A program made the translations under genes and the position numbers. A stretch of DNA of 64,000 nucleotides from Paramoeba atlantica (Eukaryota; Protista; Discosea). Positions 15,791-27,883 of this stretch are shown here, in pieces. The notes under the pieces were generated by a model. The model was not told where the DNA came from. It ran no database searches and saw nothing but the letters and a program-made list of their open reading frames with translations. Numbering within the stretch: the first letter of the stretch is position 1; the number at the start of each line of letters is the position of its first letter. Location of the stretch: positions 372,001 to 436,000 of the forward strand of contig CDRNVI010000002.1 in NCBI GenBank assembly GCA_977017575.1, in the 5' to 3' direction.

Positions 15791-15822
<32 letters not shown>

Positions 15823-16242
15823 AGGGGGGAATATTAATAGGAAGTAAAGCATATTCTCAACACGATTGGGGTCACCCGCATTGGGAAGTGCTCCGCCCAT
15901 GGGAAAAATCAGAAGACGTATAATAAATTAACAAGGAGTGAACTGAAGTCTAAGGCGGCATAAATAAGTGCAGCATAAATATTTTGCTTTTTGAACACGA
16001 AAAAGAAGCATCGGAAATATTTATAAACTACTTTTCCAGATGCACTTGATAACATTGAAGAATTGGGAGCACAACGATTATCAATTTAATATACCGTCAA
16101 AGTATTTACCAGCAAAATAAAATCATTGGAATAAACTTTTTGTTGTAAAAATTGGCTGAATGATAATTTACAAAATTTACTTTTCAGCGAATCGCATCGT
16201 GTTATTGATATTGATTAGGGATTTGGTTTTTATTATTTTCAA

Positions 16243-19200
16243 TTAGCGGACACCCGCCTTCCTCCACTCTTTTACCGCGGAGGATAGTATCGCGGCGTTG
16301 CCTTTTTGAACAGCCACATTAATGGCTTGTAGTGCATGACGCAGGAAACCTTTCCTGTCATACGTATACCTTGCGATCTCCTTTAGGAGGAGTACGGTGC
16401 GCTTCCCTGCCACACCAAAAACGGTAAATGCAAGGGGGTAGAAATGCATACCCCTTTTCGTGGCCATGTCACTGTGCGCTTTTACTTTCAAGCTTTCCAC
16501 CCTTTCTAGAGTGTTGCCAGGCGCTACCCATTCGGCCTTAACATAAGAAGGGACGAGGGGGTTAACGACGGTCACGTCCACCAGACATATCTTCCCTCCC
16601 AGCATAAAGCAGACGTCGGGGCCCTGACCAGCAGAGAATCGGGGTTCATGATTGTCAGGAGTGAATCCGTACTGTCGTAGCAAGTGCACGAAGGCATTCT
16701 TAACAAGTTTGTGGCGAGTGGCCGCAGTGTCGCCTTTGTTAAACATCATCTTTGTTTGAGAGGATGTCTCCGCACTCACATTGTGCGAAAGGGTCCGAAG
16801 TAGGTGCTATCAAGTATCGCATGCGCATGGCTGTTTGCCATTCTGCGTCGCGCATGAAGTACTCACCCCGATTCCTACGCGCCTCTGTCCATTTGCGCTT
16901 TCTCTTGTCCATCAACTGAAGTGAATGGACGTCATGTAGTTCGCTGGTTTCTTTACGCACTGCTGACTTCGACTCTTCATATCTTGTCAAGGCAGAACGT
17001 CGTCTTTCCATACACCCTAATACCTCAGCTTTTGTGCGAGAATACAGAGTTGCCGCTTGCTGCGCAAAAGGTTTCGCCCCCAAAAGGTCGCCCGTCATGA
17101 GAGTACTGTGAAACGGGTTCTTTTCCAGGTCTTCGAAGCCTCCTAGCAGCTCTGAGGCACACTCCTGTATGGTCTTGTCCGCTAACACGTTGGCTTTTGC
17201 CGTTACCTCCGGCTCATGACACCGCATTAGGTAGTCCCACCGGGGGACTCCACATCTCTTCAGCAAAATGTAAGCACTTTGTAACGAGAGATGTTGCAGC
17301 CGATCCAGGAATGTCTGCAATTTAGGCATTTGGTTGACTACCCATCTGGTTTCATCCGCGCCTTCCTTGGAGACGAATGCACCTAAGAGCTTTTGTCCTT
17401 GCTCCGCATGCTCTATGTTCATACCTCTGAAAGGAGCGTACTGGTCATTGAAATGCGTCGAAAGCTTACATTTGGCCGGATGTACCTCGAGTCCTATTCC
17501 CGAAGCGTGATCACAGAGAGCGCCAAACGCCTGTGCGACACGTTCTGCCGGGCCGATGATTGAAAGGTCGTCTAGGTAAGCCCAAAGCGTCAGATCACTG
17601 AACTCATCCTTCAATTTTCCAAGAATTTGGTGCAAGCCGAGAGAAAACAGTAACGGTCCTAATGGGTCGCCTTGTCGGACTCCCCTCAGAACCTTAGTCG
17701 GCGAACACGACGAGTTAAATATCGTAGTTGGAGCCCCATATACATATGAGGTCACCCCGTATAGCTCGTGAAATTCATCATTTCCCCTTAGATACTGAAA
17801 CACCGCGCTTCTTTCAATTGAATTGAAGGCGTTACGGATGTCTACTGTCAAGAGCACAAAGTCCGCTTTTTGACGAAACGCGTTTCTTGCCCTTAATATT
17901 ATTTTAGGTCCTCCGTTTCTTGTTCCAACACCAAATTGTGTATCTTGGAAAAGTCTGCCCGTTGCTTCTGCTACCCTGTCCATGGCGATTTGGCTAGCCA
18001 ATTTAAGAAAGATTTCCCCCATTGCTATAGGTCGGCAGGCTGGGGATCCTTCTACGGAAGGGCCCTCCTTGCGCAGCAAGATCAGAGTGGAGCTGGTTAA
18101 GACGTCCCTTAGCTGAGCGTCTCGGGAGTTTCGCAGCACTGCTGTAGCTATCCAAGTAACGCAGGCCACGATATCCTGGTCCTCTAGGAGCGGTATAAGA
18201 AGTTCGCGTGTCCAGCCTGATGGGCCCGGCGCGGATCCTTTGGCGAGCTTTCTAGCCCTGTCAGTTAAGGTTTGCTTTTCGATGTCCATAGATTTTGCCG
18301 GCAAATGTTTATAAACCCGAAAGGCCTTTGGGTGAAGTCGATCTATGGCCTTAGCGATCTCTTCAGTAGATAGTGGTTGTCGTTCCTTCGCCTCTAGCGC
18401 TTTTGCCGCTTTCCCGATCGCACCAAGTTTAAGCAGTGCCTCTGCTCGGCCTACCGGGTTAAACTTTGCCACACTTTTGGTTGCAAGCGAAGGGGTAAAT
18501 TTTGGTTCTTGCTCGGCCATCCGCTTTCGTAGTTCATACGCCAGTTGCCGATGAGTCAGTTGACTTTCGGGCAGGAATAAGAACTGCTTCACTGCGCATA
18601 ATAGGTTCCACGACATCTTTGCTTTTGTGTCTGTGTGTTGTATTTCAAAGTCTCTGCATATTCCACCGCATAATTCCTTCCAGCACGGTAATTGCAGGTG
18701 ATATAATTTACGCAGACTAGGTCGCGTAATCAGTTTTGTGTATGTTTCCCGCAGGCTTTGTATTTCGTGGAGTTGACGAGGCGGAAGATTTGTCGTATTA
18801 CACAGTTTCTGTGAGATATGCGATCCCGATTGAACCTCTTTGGTTGAACAATCTTCGAATATTCCTCCAGCCATCTTCTCCAGTATGGTCCCACGTGGGA
18901 CTGCTTCTGAGGCCCCAGATATGCAAGGGCTTCCAGGGTGAATTTCTTCCAGATTCAACACATCTTTAACTCTTGTTTTGCTTCCCTTGGGCCGGCCGCG
19001 TGGGCGCTCCGGGCCTGGGTTTTCCTCTATCGTCGAGCCTGCTTGGATCTGAAGTGACCCGAGATCCAACGAACCTGAAGGTGTGAACTTTCTTCCGGGG
19101 GGTCGGCCCCTCTTCTTACCCGGTCCGGGGTTGCTTTCAATGCAGCCCCGGATCAGCTGGGTGCGTACTTGCGCTTTGGACCAACCAGAGTTGGCGATGA

Positions 19201-19612
19201 CGTTTTTAGTTGACCGGAAACACCACACTGCCCGTGGGCCGGGGTTGCTCTCAATACCCCCTCTTATTAACCATGTATGAACTTGGTCTTTGGACCAGCC
19301 AGTTTCTGATGACAGAACTTCCGGTGGCCTAAAGCACCACCATGAAACCCCGCTCGCATCCTTAATCTGTTCCCAGGATTTTGACAAAGAAAGTTCAATG
19401 CCTAGAAAGTGGCAGATAGCAACAGGGTACTCAACCGGCGCTACACCCTCAGGTATACGGATTGGGTGATCTTCAATTTGACAATAAATTGGGATTTCGT
19501 TGCCTGACTTTTCTCCTGGTGGGGCCTTGATAGTAGCCCCGTACACGCATTCCGTCGTCGGGGGACCGATAATCCCAGAGAGAGGTAACTCTTCATATGA
19601 GGTGGGATCCAC
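16243..19612 (-). mobile_element. CRE-clade non-LTR retrotransposon with 2A-like repeats and AT-hooks; one frameshift near 16770
   Basis: GSAPGPSGW, RPIAMGE, DIRNAFNS, QGDPLGP, YLDD, CECG; REL motifs RH, GPD, VDVTVVNP, LKVK in 16243-16779. Confidence 0.9.
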
Positions 19613-19681
19613 GATTTGACTACTTATATACTCCCCCCTTCATTAATGTAAGCTTTGCGTTAGTAATTTAAATTGTGTATA

Positions 19682-19900
19682 CAGGGGGGGCCACGAAAAC
19701 TGACAAAGTCCGCATTTTAGCGTCCTGAGGCCGTTTGAGCTGATTTTTGTTGCAAACGAGAGATCTCGTTCTGAATATCGTGTCTACGCTATTTGGAGCC
19801 CGTTTCTGCTAATCAAAAAAAAGAATTTACAAAAAATTGAAATTTTGGGCAAAATATTTTGCAAAAAGTATCGAAAAACGTAAAAAAGGCTATTTTTTCT
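19682..19900. mobile_element. Terminal fragment of a Tc1-like element
   Basis: TA+CAGGGGG terminus; CCGTTTGAGCTGATTTTTGTTG shared with the DD35E subterminal region at ~29884-29905. Confidence 0.5.
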
Positions 19901-20062
19901 TCTTTTTACCTTACTATGGGCAAACGGAATAGACTAAACCGTCGCCAGCTATCACCAGAACATGTTCATATCCTGTGCGCATTGTCTGCGCACACGAAAG
20001 ACAGGACAGGGAAAGGAGCAAGTAATCCCCAGTCGTAAGTTTCGGTTTGTTTTATATACATA

Positions 20063-20856
20063 CAGGGGTGCAAATCAGATGCTGGGGGGGGTCTAAAATT
20101 AGCAATGTTCGCGCAATTTTGGAAAAATTATAGCGCATTCGAGAGCTCTCGCAGAGATCTATGTTTTGGCGCTATTATCACATTAAAAGAAAACAAATTT
20201 GAAAAAGATATTTTTTTAAAGGGTTTTTAACCCCCTAAAAGTTGCAGATTTTTCAATTTTTGCAGTTTTTTCCAATTTTTGCAATTTTTGCAGTGTTTTT
20301 TTGTTTCTCAGCTCACTATTATGCCGCAAAAGCGATCCCGCTCTAAATAAAACAGTAAAAGCTTATCTGATAGATCACGTGAACCCCCGGGGCACACAAA
20401 ATATTCACACAGGATGCTTCTCGTAAAAACATTACGAGAATACAAGCTCCTACAGTGCCACTTGCCAAAGACAAGGCGTCCACGACAGCATGTTAAGTTG
20501 TGGGTTAAGCGATTTGAGGAAACCGGGGATGTTCTATTGAAAAGGCGGTTGATTACATTAAAACAGATGGTCATGACATGCTCATAAACACTTTGAACAG
20601 CATGCCGCGGCGTTTCGACATAGTAATAGAAAAAAAAGGGGAAACTTGTAATTATTGAACGTACAAAAATTTTCATTCATTTTTTGCATTTTGACGTTTT
20701 TGGGCTTCTCCTCAGTTGACCACCCCCTTACACCCCGGGAAACCGCCTATCCAAATACATAGATCTCTGCGAGAGCTCTCGAATACGCTATTATTTTCCA
20801 AAATTGCGCAAACATTGCTAATTTTAGACCCCTCCAGCATCTGATTTGCACCCCTG
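20063..20856 (+). mobile_element. Internally deleted non-autonomous DD32E-family element
   Basis: Both ~100-bp TIRs flanked by TA; retains MPQKRSRS start and C-terminal ..MPRRFDIVIEKKGETCNY*. Confidence 0.85.
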
Positions 20857-21880
20857 TATGCGTTGTGTATGATCCGGATCAAAATGGTTTCGTTATTTAC
20901 ATACGGTTACGCGGTACAAAAGTATATATCATTGGACCTGTGTATAGAGCTAAATAGAATTCGATATGGTTTTTGTTCTATGATATTACATTCTTGAATT
21001 TCAATATTACAATTCAAAATTATTTCTATAAATGCCTTACCGAAGCTTTAGAAAAAAAATTATAGATTTGTGAAAATTTATATTTTTGCTCGGAGGTCAA
21101 CTTTTGCGACAGTTCTTTTCGGAACTATACCTATCTTGGATCAAGACGAGGACGAAGCTCATGAAACTTCGCTCCGCAAAGTGCTGATCAACCTTTTGCA
21201 CTCTGAAATTATAACCAGTGCACATTTTTTTCGTCCACAGCAGCGGTTTTATTTGTATATTTGTCGTATCTAAGTTTTTCTGTGGTTTTGATTAGTGTCG
21301 TGCAAATCCTCTTTAGGTACTAGTATACCATTTTCTTTCTTTAGGTACCATTTTCTTATTTGCTGTACTTCAAGCTTGAAAGTAAATTGATTGCACGAAG
21401 TAATTTGGCGGGGGTGTAAGCACACTTGCGCAGTGCGTGAGGAGCAAAGAATTCCGACGGAAGCAGAATTTTTCGAAACCAATTCGACATTCTTTAAATG
21501 TCAATGCGTTCGTAATTTGAACGTGTAAAGGGGCACACACGCTACTCCGTAGTTATGAGGAGCTACAAAGGTTCTGTACGACCGAAAGGAGCGAGTACTG
21601 GGGAAATTTTAGTCGCATTAGAAAAGAACCATCGAGTCATGCGCCAGTGGGAAAAGGCTTTAGTCAATGAAATATGAAAAAAGCTGATTGCAGTTGTATG
21701 TGAACACCCGTTTTTTTTGGAATAGCGGTCGATGCAGGTGTTGACAGCGTATTGAATGAGCATGTTCTAGTGGGGATTGTTTACGTGCCTGACCAGCAGT
21801 ACCTTCTCCCGCCTCTGTATCACCCAAAGCGCAAAGCTTTCAATGGAAAGGAAACAGCCGAATGCCTGTTAGATACGTTA

Positions 21881-22180
21881 GACGGTTGTCTTCGAAGCAG
21901 TGTAATCCGGAACATTCATCCCAGAATTTTTATCAAACTTTTGCACAAGGAAGACGGTTGTCTTCAGCGCACAACCCTTAACATTTTTTCCTGAACTTTG
22001 AACATGTCGTGAAGAAGACGGTTGTCTTTGATACAGCGTAATCCATAACATGCATCGCGGTATTTATTCGAACCTTTACATAAAGAAGACGGTTGTCTTC
22101 GACGCAAGGTAACCCGTAACATTTTCTATCTGAACTTTTGAATATGAAGACAGTTGTCTTCGCAACAGCGTAATCCATTG
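21881..22180. repeat. Degenerate ~66-bp tandem repeat with palindromic core GAAGACGGTTGTCTTC
   Basis: Five cores at ~21881, 21950, 22014, 22085 and 22146; alternate inter-core segments resemble each other. Confidence 0.8.
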
Positions 22181-22625
22181 TATCTTCAACGCTCTCCATT
22201 GTATGCGTATAATTTTCCAAGTTTTATTGATGTCTAACGAACATAAATGCTACACTTTTTCCCTACACCAAAGCTGTATAAATTATACCATTGTACACTT
22301 TAAATATTCTGTTGATAACGGTATCACGTAACATGTAGGACATTAATGTGGGGACGTTACGTAGGAGGGTGTGAAGTCATTTCATCAGACGATGAAGATG
22401 GTATGCGCGTAACGACATAGTAACTCTTCCAGTACTATTAGAACTACATAGCAACTAGAAGTACCTTGTAGGTGGAAAAAAATCGTATTTTCCCAAGACT
22501 GTTTTGGACCACAAAAATTCCTCTCCGATTTCATTCTACCTTTCGACGTCGAAAAGGCCACGAATTCGACGTCGAAACACGTTCTACGCCGTAGAATGGC
22601 AATTTTCGACGTCTAATGAGAGCTA

Positions 22626-23667
22626 CAGTAAACGTCACTATTCTGAGAGTCGCTAAAAATGAGAATTGGGCTGTCAACGTACAACTGGCTAAAATGAGAA
22701 TGCACCTTGGAAAATGAGAATGGAGCTTCGGTCATGTGTCAACGTTCAATTCAATTTTACACTCAAAAGTGAGAATTGAAAAACAACGCTTTCGTTCTCT
22801 CACTGATTAACTCACTGCTTCATCTTCACTAACTGGAGAGTATGCGAGAGATCGGTGGAAATCACTGGGGATACCGTATACTCCCCCAGTAATGGACCCC
22901 CCAGTAGCAGAGATTTCGCCATTTTTGGGCCGACACACAGTAACAAGGATTTGTCTCGGGAGGGTGGTTGGAGGGGGGGTGTCTGGACAGGATGAGGGTG
23001 GTTGTGCAGTAGCGAATCGCGTGGTTTCTGGGTTGGCTGTACAGAAAATCAACGCACTCATGAACGAAAAAGGCCTTTGCCCACCGAAAAAGCATACCCC
23101 ACCCAGTAACAAGGATTTGGCCTTTATGGTCCAAAATCGATTCTATTACTGGGGGGGTATAGGTAGGTGGAGATAGATGGGGGTCACACGGGATCACTGC
23201 AGATCATTTTTATCGTTGTCCCTTCTCTTCTTCCATTCATGAAAGGCACACAAATATCTTAGTGAGACCAAAAAAGAAAAGAAAACACTGATTTAGGTGA
23301 CTACAAGTAATGAAACTTTGTTTTTCTGAAAACAAAACGCTAATACACAAAAGGAAAACTTGTGCTGTTTGACTGCGCGGTGTTCTTCTGATGAAGAAGA
23401 ACTCCTTGGTTCTGCAAACCAAGGAGATAGTGGGAGATCTCTGGGGGTCATTTTTGTGCACCCAAAGCGGCCTGCTGCTCCGCTGCTAATATTTTTCTTG
23501 CAAAACGTTTTCTTTTTTAAAAATGAGAATTATGATTTGACCTCATAAAAAAGTGCCTGTCAACGTTCAACAGACCAATTCTGAGAATAGTGACGAAAAA
23601 CGACAAAAAAGCCGTTTTTTCTGTGTCAACGTACAACTGAGCATTCTGAGAATAGTGACGTTTACTG
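22626..23667. mobile_element. TA-flanked non-autonomous TIR element (~1.04 kb)
   Basis: TA-CAGTAAACGTCACTATTCTGAGA ... TCTGAGAATAGTGACGTTTACTG-TA; subterminal AAAATGAGAAT and TGTCAACGT repeats at both ends; no transposase. Confidence 0.8.
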
Positions 23668-24329
23668 TACATGTATGTATAATGTTGTGTCACAGAATTC
23701 CGAGTAAAAAGCATAGCTGCTGTAATAGTTTTCATGATAATAATTATTAATAATAATTATTATTATGCGATATCGAATTATTAAGAATTATTATAGCTTC
23801 TTCTCAGGGTGAAAGTGGCGCCGCGAACCGGCGCCGATTTTTTTTATAACGCACGTGATGGTGAGTATCTTTATCGTTTACTACCCATGCAACAAGTAAG
23901 TAGTAGATCTATAATAATTCTTAATAATAGCCTATTACTACAGGCTTCAATTATTAATAATTCTGCAGCTATGGTAAAAAGCCCTGTTACAAGCCAATAG
24001 TGCTTTCACTTGACAACAGCTACCTTTTTTGCCTATTTGAAGTCTCTTTTGAATTAGAATGTGCTAGACTGCCGAACCTTAAATCTGAATCATTTTGATG
24101 GTACCGTTCGTAGAGATTTTGCAACATCATACTCAATTTCTCGTGTCGAATCAAAATGTTATTAAATTTAATGCATAGTGGTAACATGCGCAATGCTTCG
24201 TTCTTCCTGAAATTATTTAGCATGTATAGGTACACAGTCCACGCTTCAGTATACACATCGTAATTTTCTTTTCGAAAGTGGGTCGCAGCATGAGAGCCAG
24301 ACATCATCATACCTAAACTTTTACTTGCT

Positions 24330-26246
24330 TTACCAAAACGAATACTTATTGGAACTTATACTTTGTGCCCAACAGTATCGCATGAATTCAAGTTGCGTAC
24401 GTGCATAGTCCCTTTTGAGGCGTTTTAACGTGGAAGGGCGAACGCACATTTCAGCATAGATTTGCATGCACTTTATCCAACTATATGCGCCGCCAAAGCG
24501 CCGACATGTGTTGATTAAGGCAGACAGTTGCATGTCCGCAGGTAGACTATTACATTCTGACATTTTTTCCAACAAGAGAAGAGATTCTCTCCAGCGTTTT
24601 CCGGCAACACATGCAGTCACAAACTCGGCGCATAAGAAGGGATCGGCAACACTCGTTTCCATCCATCTTTGTTTAACTATAATATCAAGGACTTGACTCC
24701 AGTGACTTGCCTTGTTCAAAAAATGTAGTAATTGAGCCTGAGATTGGGTAGAAACTGGGAAAGAATCTGTTTTTCCAAACTGGTGCGTTCGACAAGTTGT
24801 TTCCCACTGAGAGTTCGGGTACGCATCTGTCCTTGTTGAGATCGAATCATGCAGAGCAATAGTTTCTTTTTCTGAAGCACGGATATTTTGAACTTGATGC
24901 AAACCACGATGCCAGGATAATTTCGAAATTTCTATATTCTTTTCCATTTTAGACGCTACATTATTCAAACCCGGAATACAACATGTAGGTTTCAAGTCTC
25001 GACCAGAAATACAGTTTCCCGGATGCTTCGCACTAAAACATTTGAGCAGCTCGATAAAAAATAATCGACTACCCTCCACAGTTCTAGATAACCTAAAAGA
25101 ATGCAGCTGTCTTTTTGAAAACACGGAAATTACTTGGAGTGCAACGCGTCTCTGACGATATTGGACAGCTCTGCGCAACATTAAGAATAATATCTGCTGA
25201 TTAGGTGCCAACAATGCCATCCTCCACGGTAACTGTGGATGAAAAATCAATGACTTGATGCACGCTTGGTGATACACTGATATGTAACTTCCAGCATTTG
25301 AATATTCGTGTAAAAATTGGAATGCCTTCCGGCATCTTGGAATGCGGAAACGACGAAATCTGGATGTCCGAAGAAGCAAGAAAGCTAACAATGCACGATA
25401 CGACGGATCAAGCTTTTTGCAGTCGAGAACATAACTATCACCACGCAAGACTCTTGTTAAATACGGACACGTATTCCTTAAGTAACGTGCAAAGCTTTGC
25501 AAGTGTGGTACTTTGCGTTTTACTATGAGAACAATCAAACAAGACGTAAGTTCCCGGAATATTGACATTTTCTCAGAAAATACAGTTTGCGCAAGCCTGC
25601 TAACACTTTCTCTTAGCATACGCAGCAAGACGCTCCATTTTTCGGATTGATACAGCATTGATATAATAGCATTGCTCTGATCTACAGTTTGACCCCCATA
25701 CGATACTGTCAAAGTCCACATGGCAGTAAGCCATGTGGGAGTGTGGCAAAGCGAATTGAACAATCCTATCGCCCGATAATGCAAATTATGCGATGCAATA
25801 GACGCCATCTCCAAACTTTGCTGCGATTTTAGGAAAATAAGATGTTTTTGAGTTCGCCACTTTCTTTTCCCGAACTGTATAAAAGATTGCATCTTGTTTA
25901 AGTGGGGGAAATGTGTACCATAATTTCCTACGAAAGGACGAGAGTAGGTGTCAATGCATATTTTTATCATTCGCGTATTGTATAAACTTACGTTCGCCTG
26001 ATTATAACCCAAGCGGAATAATTTGTAGGACGCCGGTACCGCTTTGATAAAGTAACTAAGCGCAAAAAGGGCTTCTATCCAAGTTGCACCTAATTGACCG
26101 GATTGTACACGATTCATGAACATTTGCAATGTTATAAGCCAATGTGCGTGCATTAGTTTTCTCTTAAACTTTCTGGAAGTTTTTTCTTGGACTTTCACGA
26201 ATTGAACATATATGGATCGCGACACATGTAAAAACGCATGACACAC
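24330..26246 (-). CDS. Hypothetical host protein (~600 aa), possibly divergent PPR-like helical repeats
   Basis: Long ORF without TE motifs (first ATG 26153); repeated W-x2-(A/V)L helices such as RWRESLLLLEKM and SWIKCMQIYAEM. Confidence 0.55.
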   Translation of the reverse strand: MCHAFLHVSRSIYVQFVKVQEKTSRKFKRKLMHAHWLITLQMFMNRVQSGQLGATWIEALFALSYFIKAVPASYKLFRLGYNQANVSLYNTRMIKICIDTYSRPFVGNYGTHFPHLNKMQSFIQFGKRKWRTQKHLIFLKSQQSLEMASIASHNLHYRAIGLFNSLCHTPTWLTAMWTLTVSYGGQTVDQSNAIISMLYQSEKWSVLLRMLRESVSRLAQTVFSEKMSIFRELTSCLIVLIVKRKVPHLQSFARYLRNTCPYLTRVLRGDSYVLDCKKLDPSYRALLAFLLLRTSRFRRFRIPRCRKAFQFLHEYSNAGSYISVYHQACIKSLIFHPQLPWRMALLAPNQQILFLMLRRAVQYRQRRVALQVISVFSKRQLHSFRLSRTVEGSRLFFIELLKCFSAKHPGNCISGRDLKPTCCIPGLNNVASKMEKNIEISKLSWHRGLHQVQNIRASEKETIALHDSISTRTDAYPNSQWETTCRTHQFGKTDSFPVSTQSQAQLLHFLNKASHWSQVLDIIVKQRWMETSVADPFLCAEFVTACVAGKRWRESLLLLEKMSECNSLPADMQLSALINTCRRFGGAYSWIKCMQIYAEMCVRPSTLKRLKRDYARTQLEFMRYCWAQSISSNKYSFW

Positions 26247-26962
26247 ACAATAGGGTGTAAATCAGGTTCACGGAAACTTCAATAAAGTAAAATAAAGTTT
26301 TTTTTCTGAATAAAGTTACTACCATCAAAACATTAATTAAGAGACACATTAAACAAGGGAACGCCAACTAAGGGAACACTGATTAAGGTACTATACCCCC
26401 CCCTGCTTATGAGTTCCCCGGTTTTGAGAAAAAGGAACTCATAAGCGTACCAGATCAGAATTCGAGCCATAAAAACGCGAAAATTCGGGCCCGCAGCGCG
26501 AAGCGCCGCGGGTTTTCCTTTACAATAAGAGGGCGGAAACTAGAGATTTACGATCCCGGACGATCCCACCGGTCCTGGTTGAATTTACGTAGAGAAAATA
26601 CTTGGTGAAAACGCGAGTTCTAAAAATTCGGCGAAAGAAATAGCGACCATTTTTTTAGAGAAACTCATTCAATTGTTAAAAATCAAAAACGATCTTCATA
26701 TGAAGGTAAGAGAAACTAAACAAACATTATCACTCCTTCGTAAACACGCTTGTTACCGGTCCCAAGCCCGGCACCGCCATATTTGGCGGAGTGTGAGGGT
26801 GAAGATTTCAATCCATCTATGGCATGGTTATAAACTTAAGAATATAATTAAACTCCTCGTTTCTCGTATCCAGTAGAACTACTACATTTAGCTCCATTTA
26901 ACTAAACAATTTTACACGCCTGCAAATGCTACGCATCGATTCGCTTGGTCCCGGCCTGACAA

Positions 26963-27200
26963 TATTCATCCTCTGTAACGAGGCCCATGGGCTCCGTACC
27001 CTTCGGGGTACCACCGCCCCAGCATTCGTGCTGGGAGGCCCATGGGCTCCGTGTCCTTCGGGGCACACCTGCCGTTGCATTTATATTCATCCTCTGTAAC
27101 GAGGCCCATGGGCTCCGTACCCTTCGGGGTACCACCGCCCCAGCATTCGTGCTGGGAGGCCCATGGGCTCCGTGTCCTTCGGGACACACTTGCCGTTGCA
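26963..27200. repeat. 2 x ~119-bp GC-rich repeat with four UUCG-capped hairpins
   Basis: GGCCCATGGGCTCC-GTACCC TTCG GGGTAC and -GTGTCC TTCG GGGCAC subunits, each twice. Confidence 0.9.
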
Positions 27201-27883
27201 TTTGCGTTATACACCCTCCTCTCCGGCATGATTTTTTACAATAAAGTGAAAACAGAATAGAAACAGAAGGGAGAGGGTGGGAAATTGTGACGTGCTATGG
27301 CATGCCTGGCACCCAGGGCTTGGTCCCGGTAACATGGTGCTTACGAAGGAGTGATAATGAGGGAGTTGCTATGCTCTGTCCATGGTATCATGTTCAGGGG
27401 AACAGCAACTCCCCATTATCTCGGCGTAGTAAACACGCCTTGGCTTGCCTGGCACTACGATTGCCGAAAAAAAAAAAACTTATTCCATTAGTCCTCACTT
27501 GAGGCCTGTTAGCGGGAGTCCTCCCCCCTAAGAAGATTTGAAGTTGAAAAAAAAAAAGTGGAGTGTTCGGGAAAGGGGGGGTATTGTTGGTACGTTATAG
27601 ATCCTCCCATACGGAAGTATCAAGGCAACACCCCGGACGTCCCGGGTTGACGCTGGGAATACGGCTTTTCAGGATATCTCGCCTAGTAGGAATATTGATT
27701 CAGAAATTCAGACCGACGATAGTGAACGCGTTGCTTTGCTTGATGCGTTTATCCCCGAATTCTTTATTAGCAAAGATTCATCATAAATACTGAAGGAACA
27801 ACTTGGTCTCTTTACATCAACACACCTTAGTTCGCAGTAAACGTTTTCCTTATATTTCCTAACTCTTAATTCGTGATCTATAA

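Noticed and set aside
21270-21763. Cys-containing short ORFs as a piggyBac-like C-terminus
   Set aside because: Cys spacing is not convincing and there is no catalytic domain or TTAA ends.
21881-22180. CRISPR-like array
   Set aside because: The inter-repeat segments are homologous to each other, there are no cas genes, and the context is eukaryotic.
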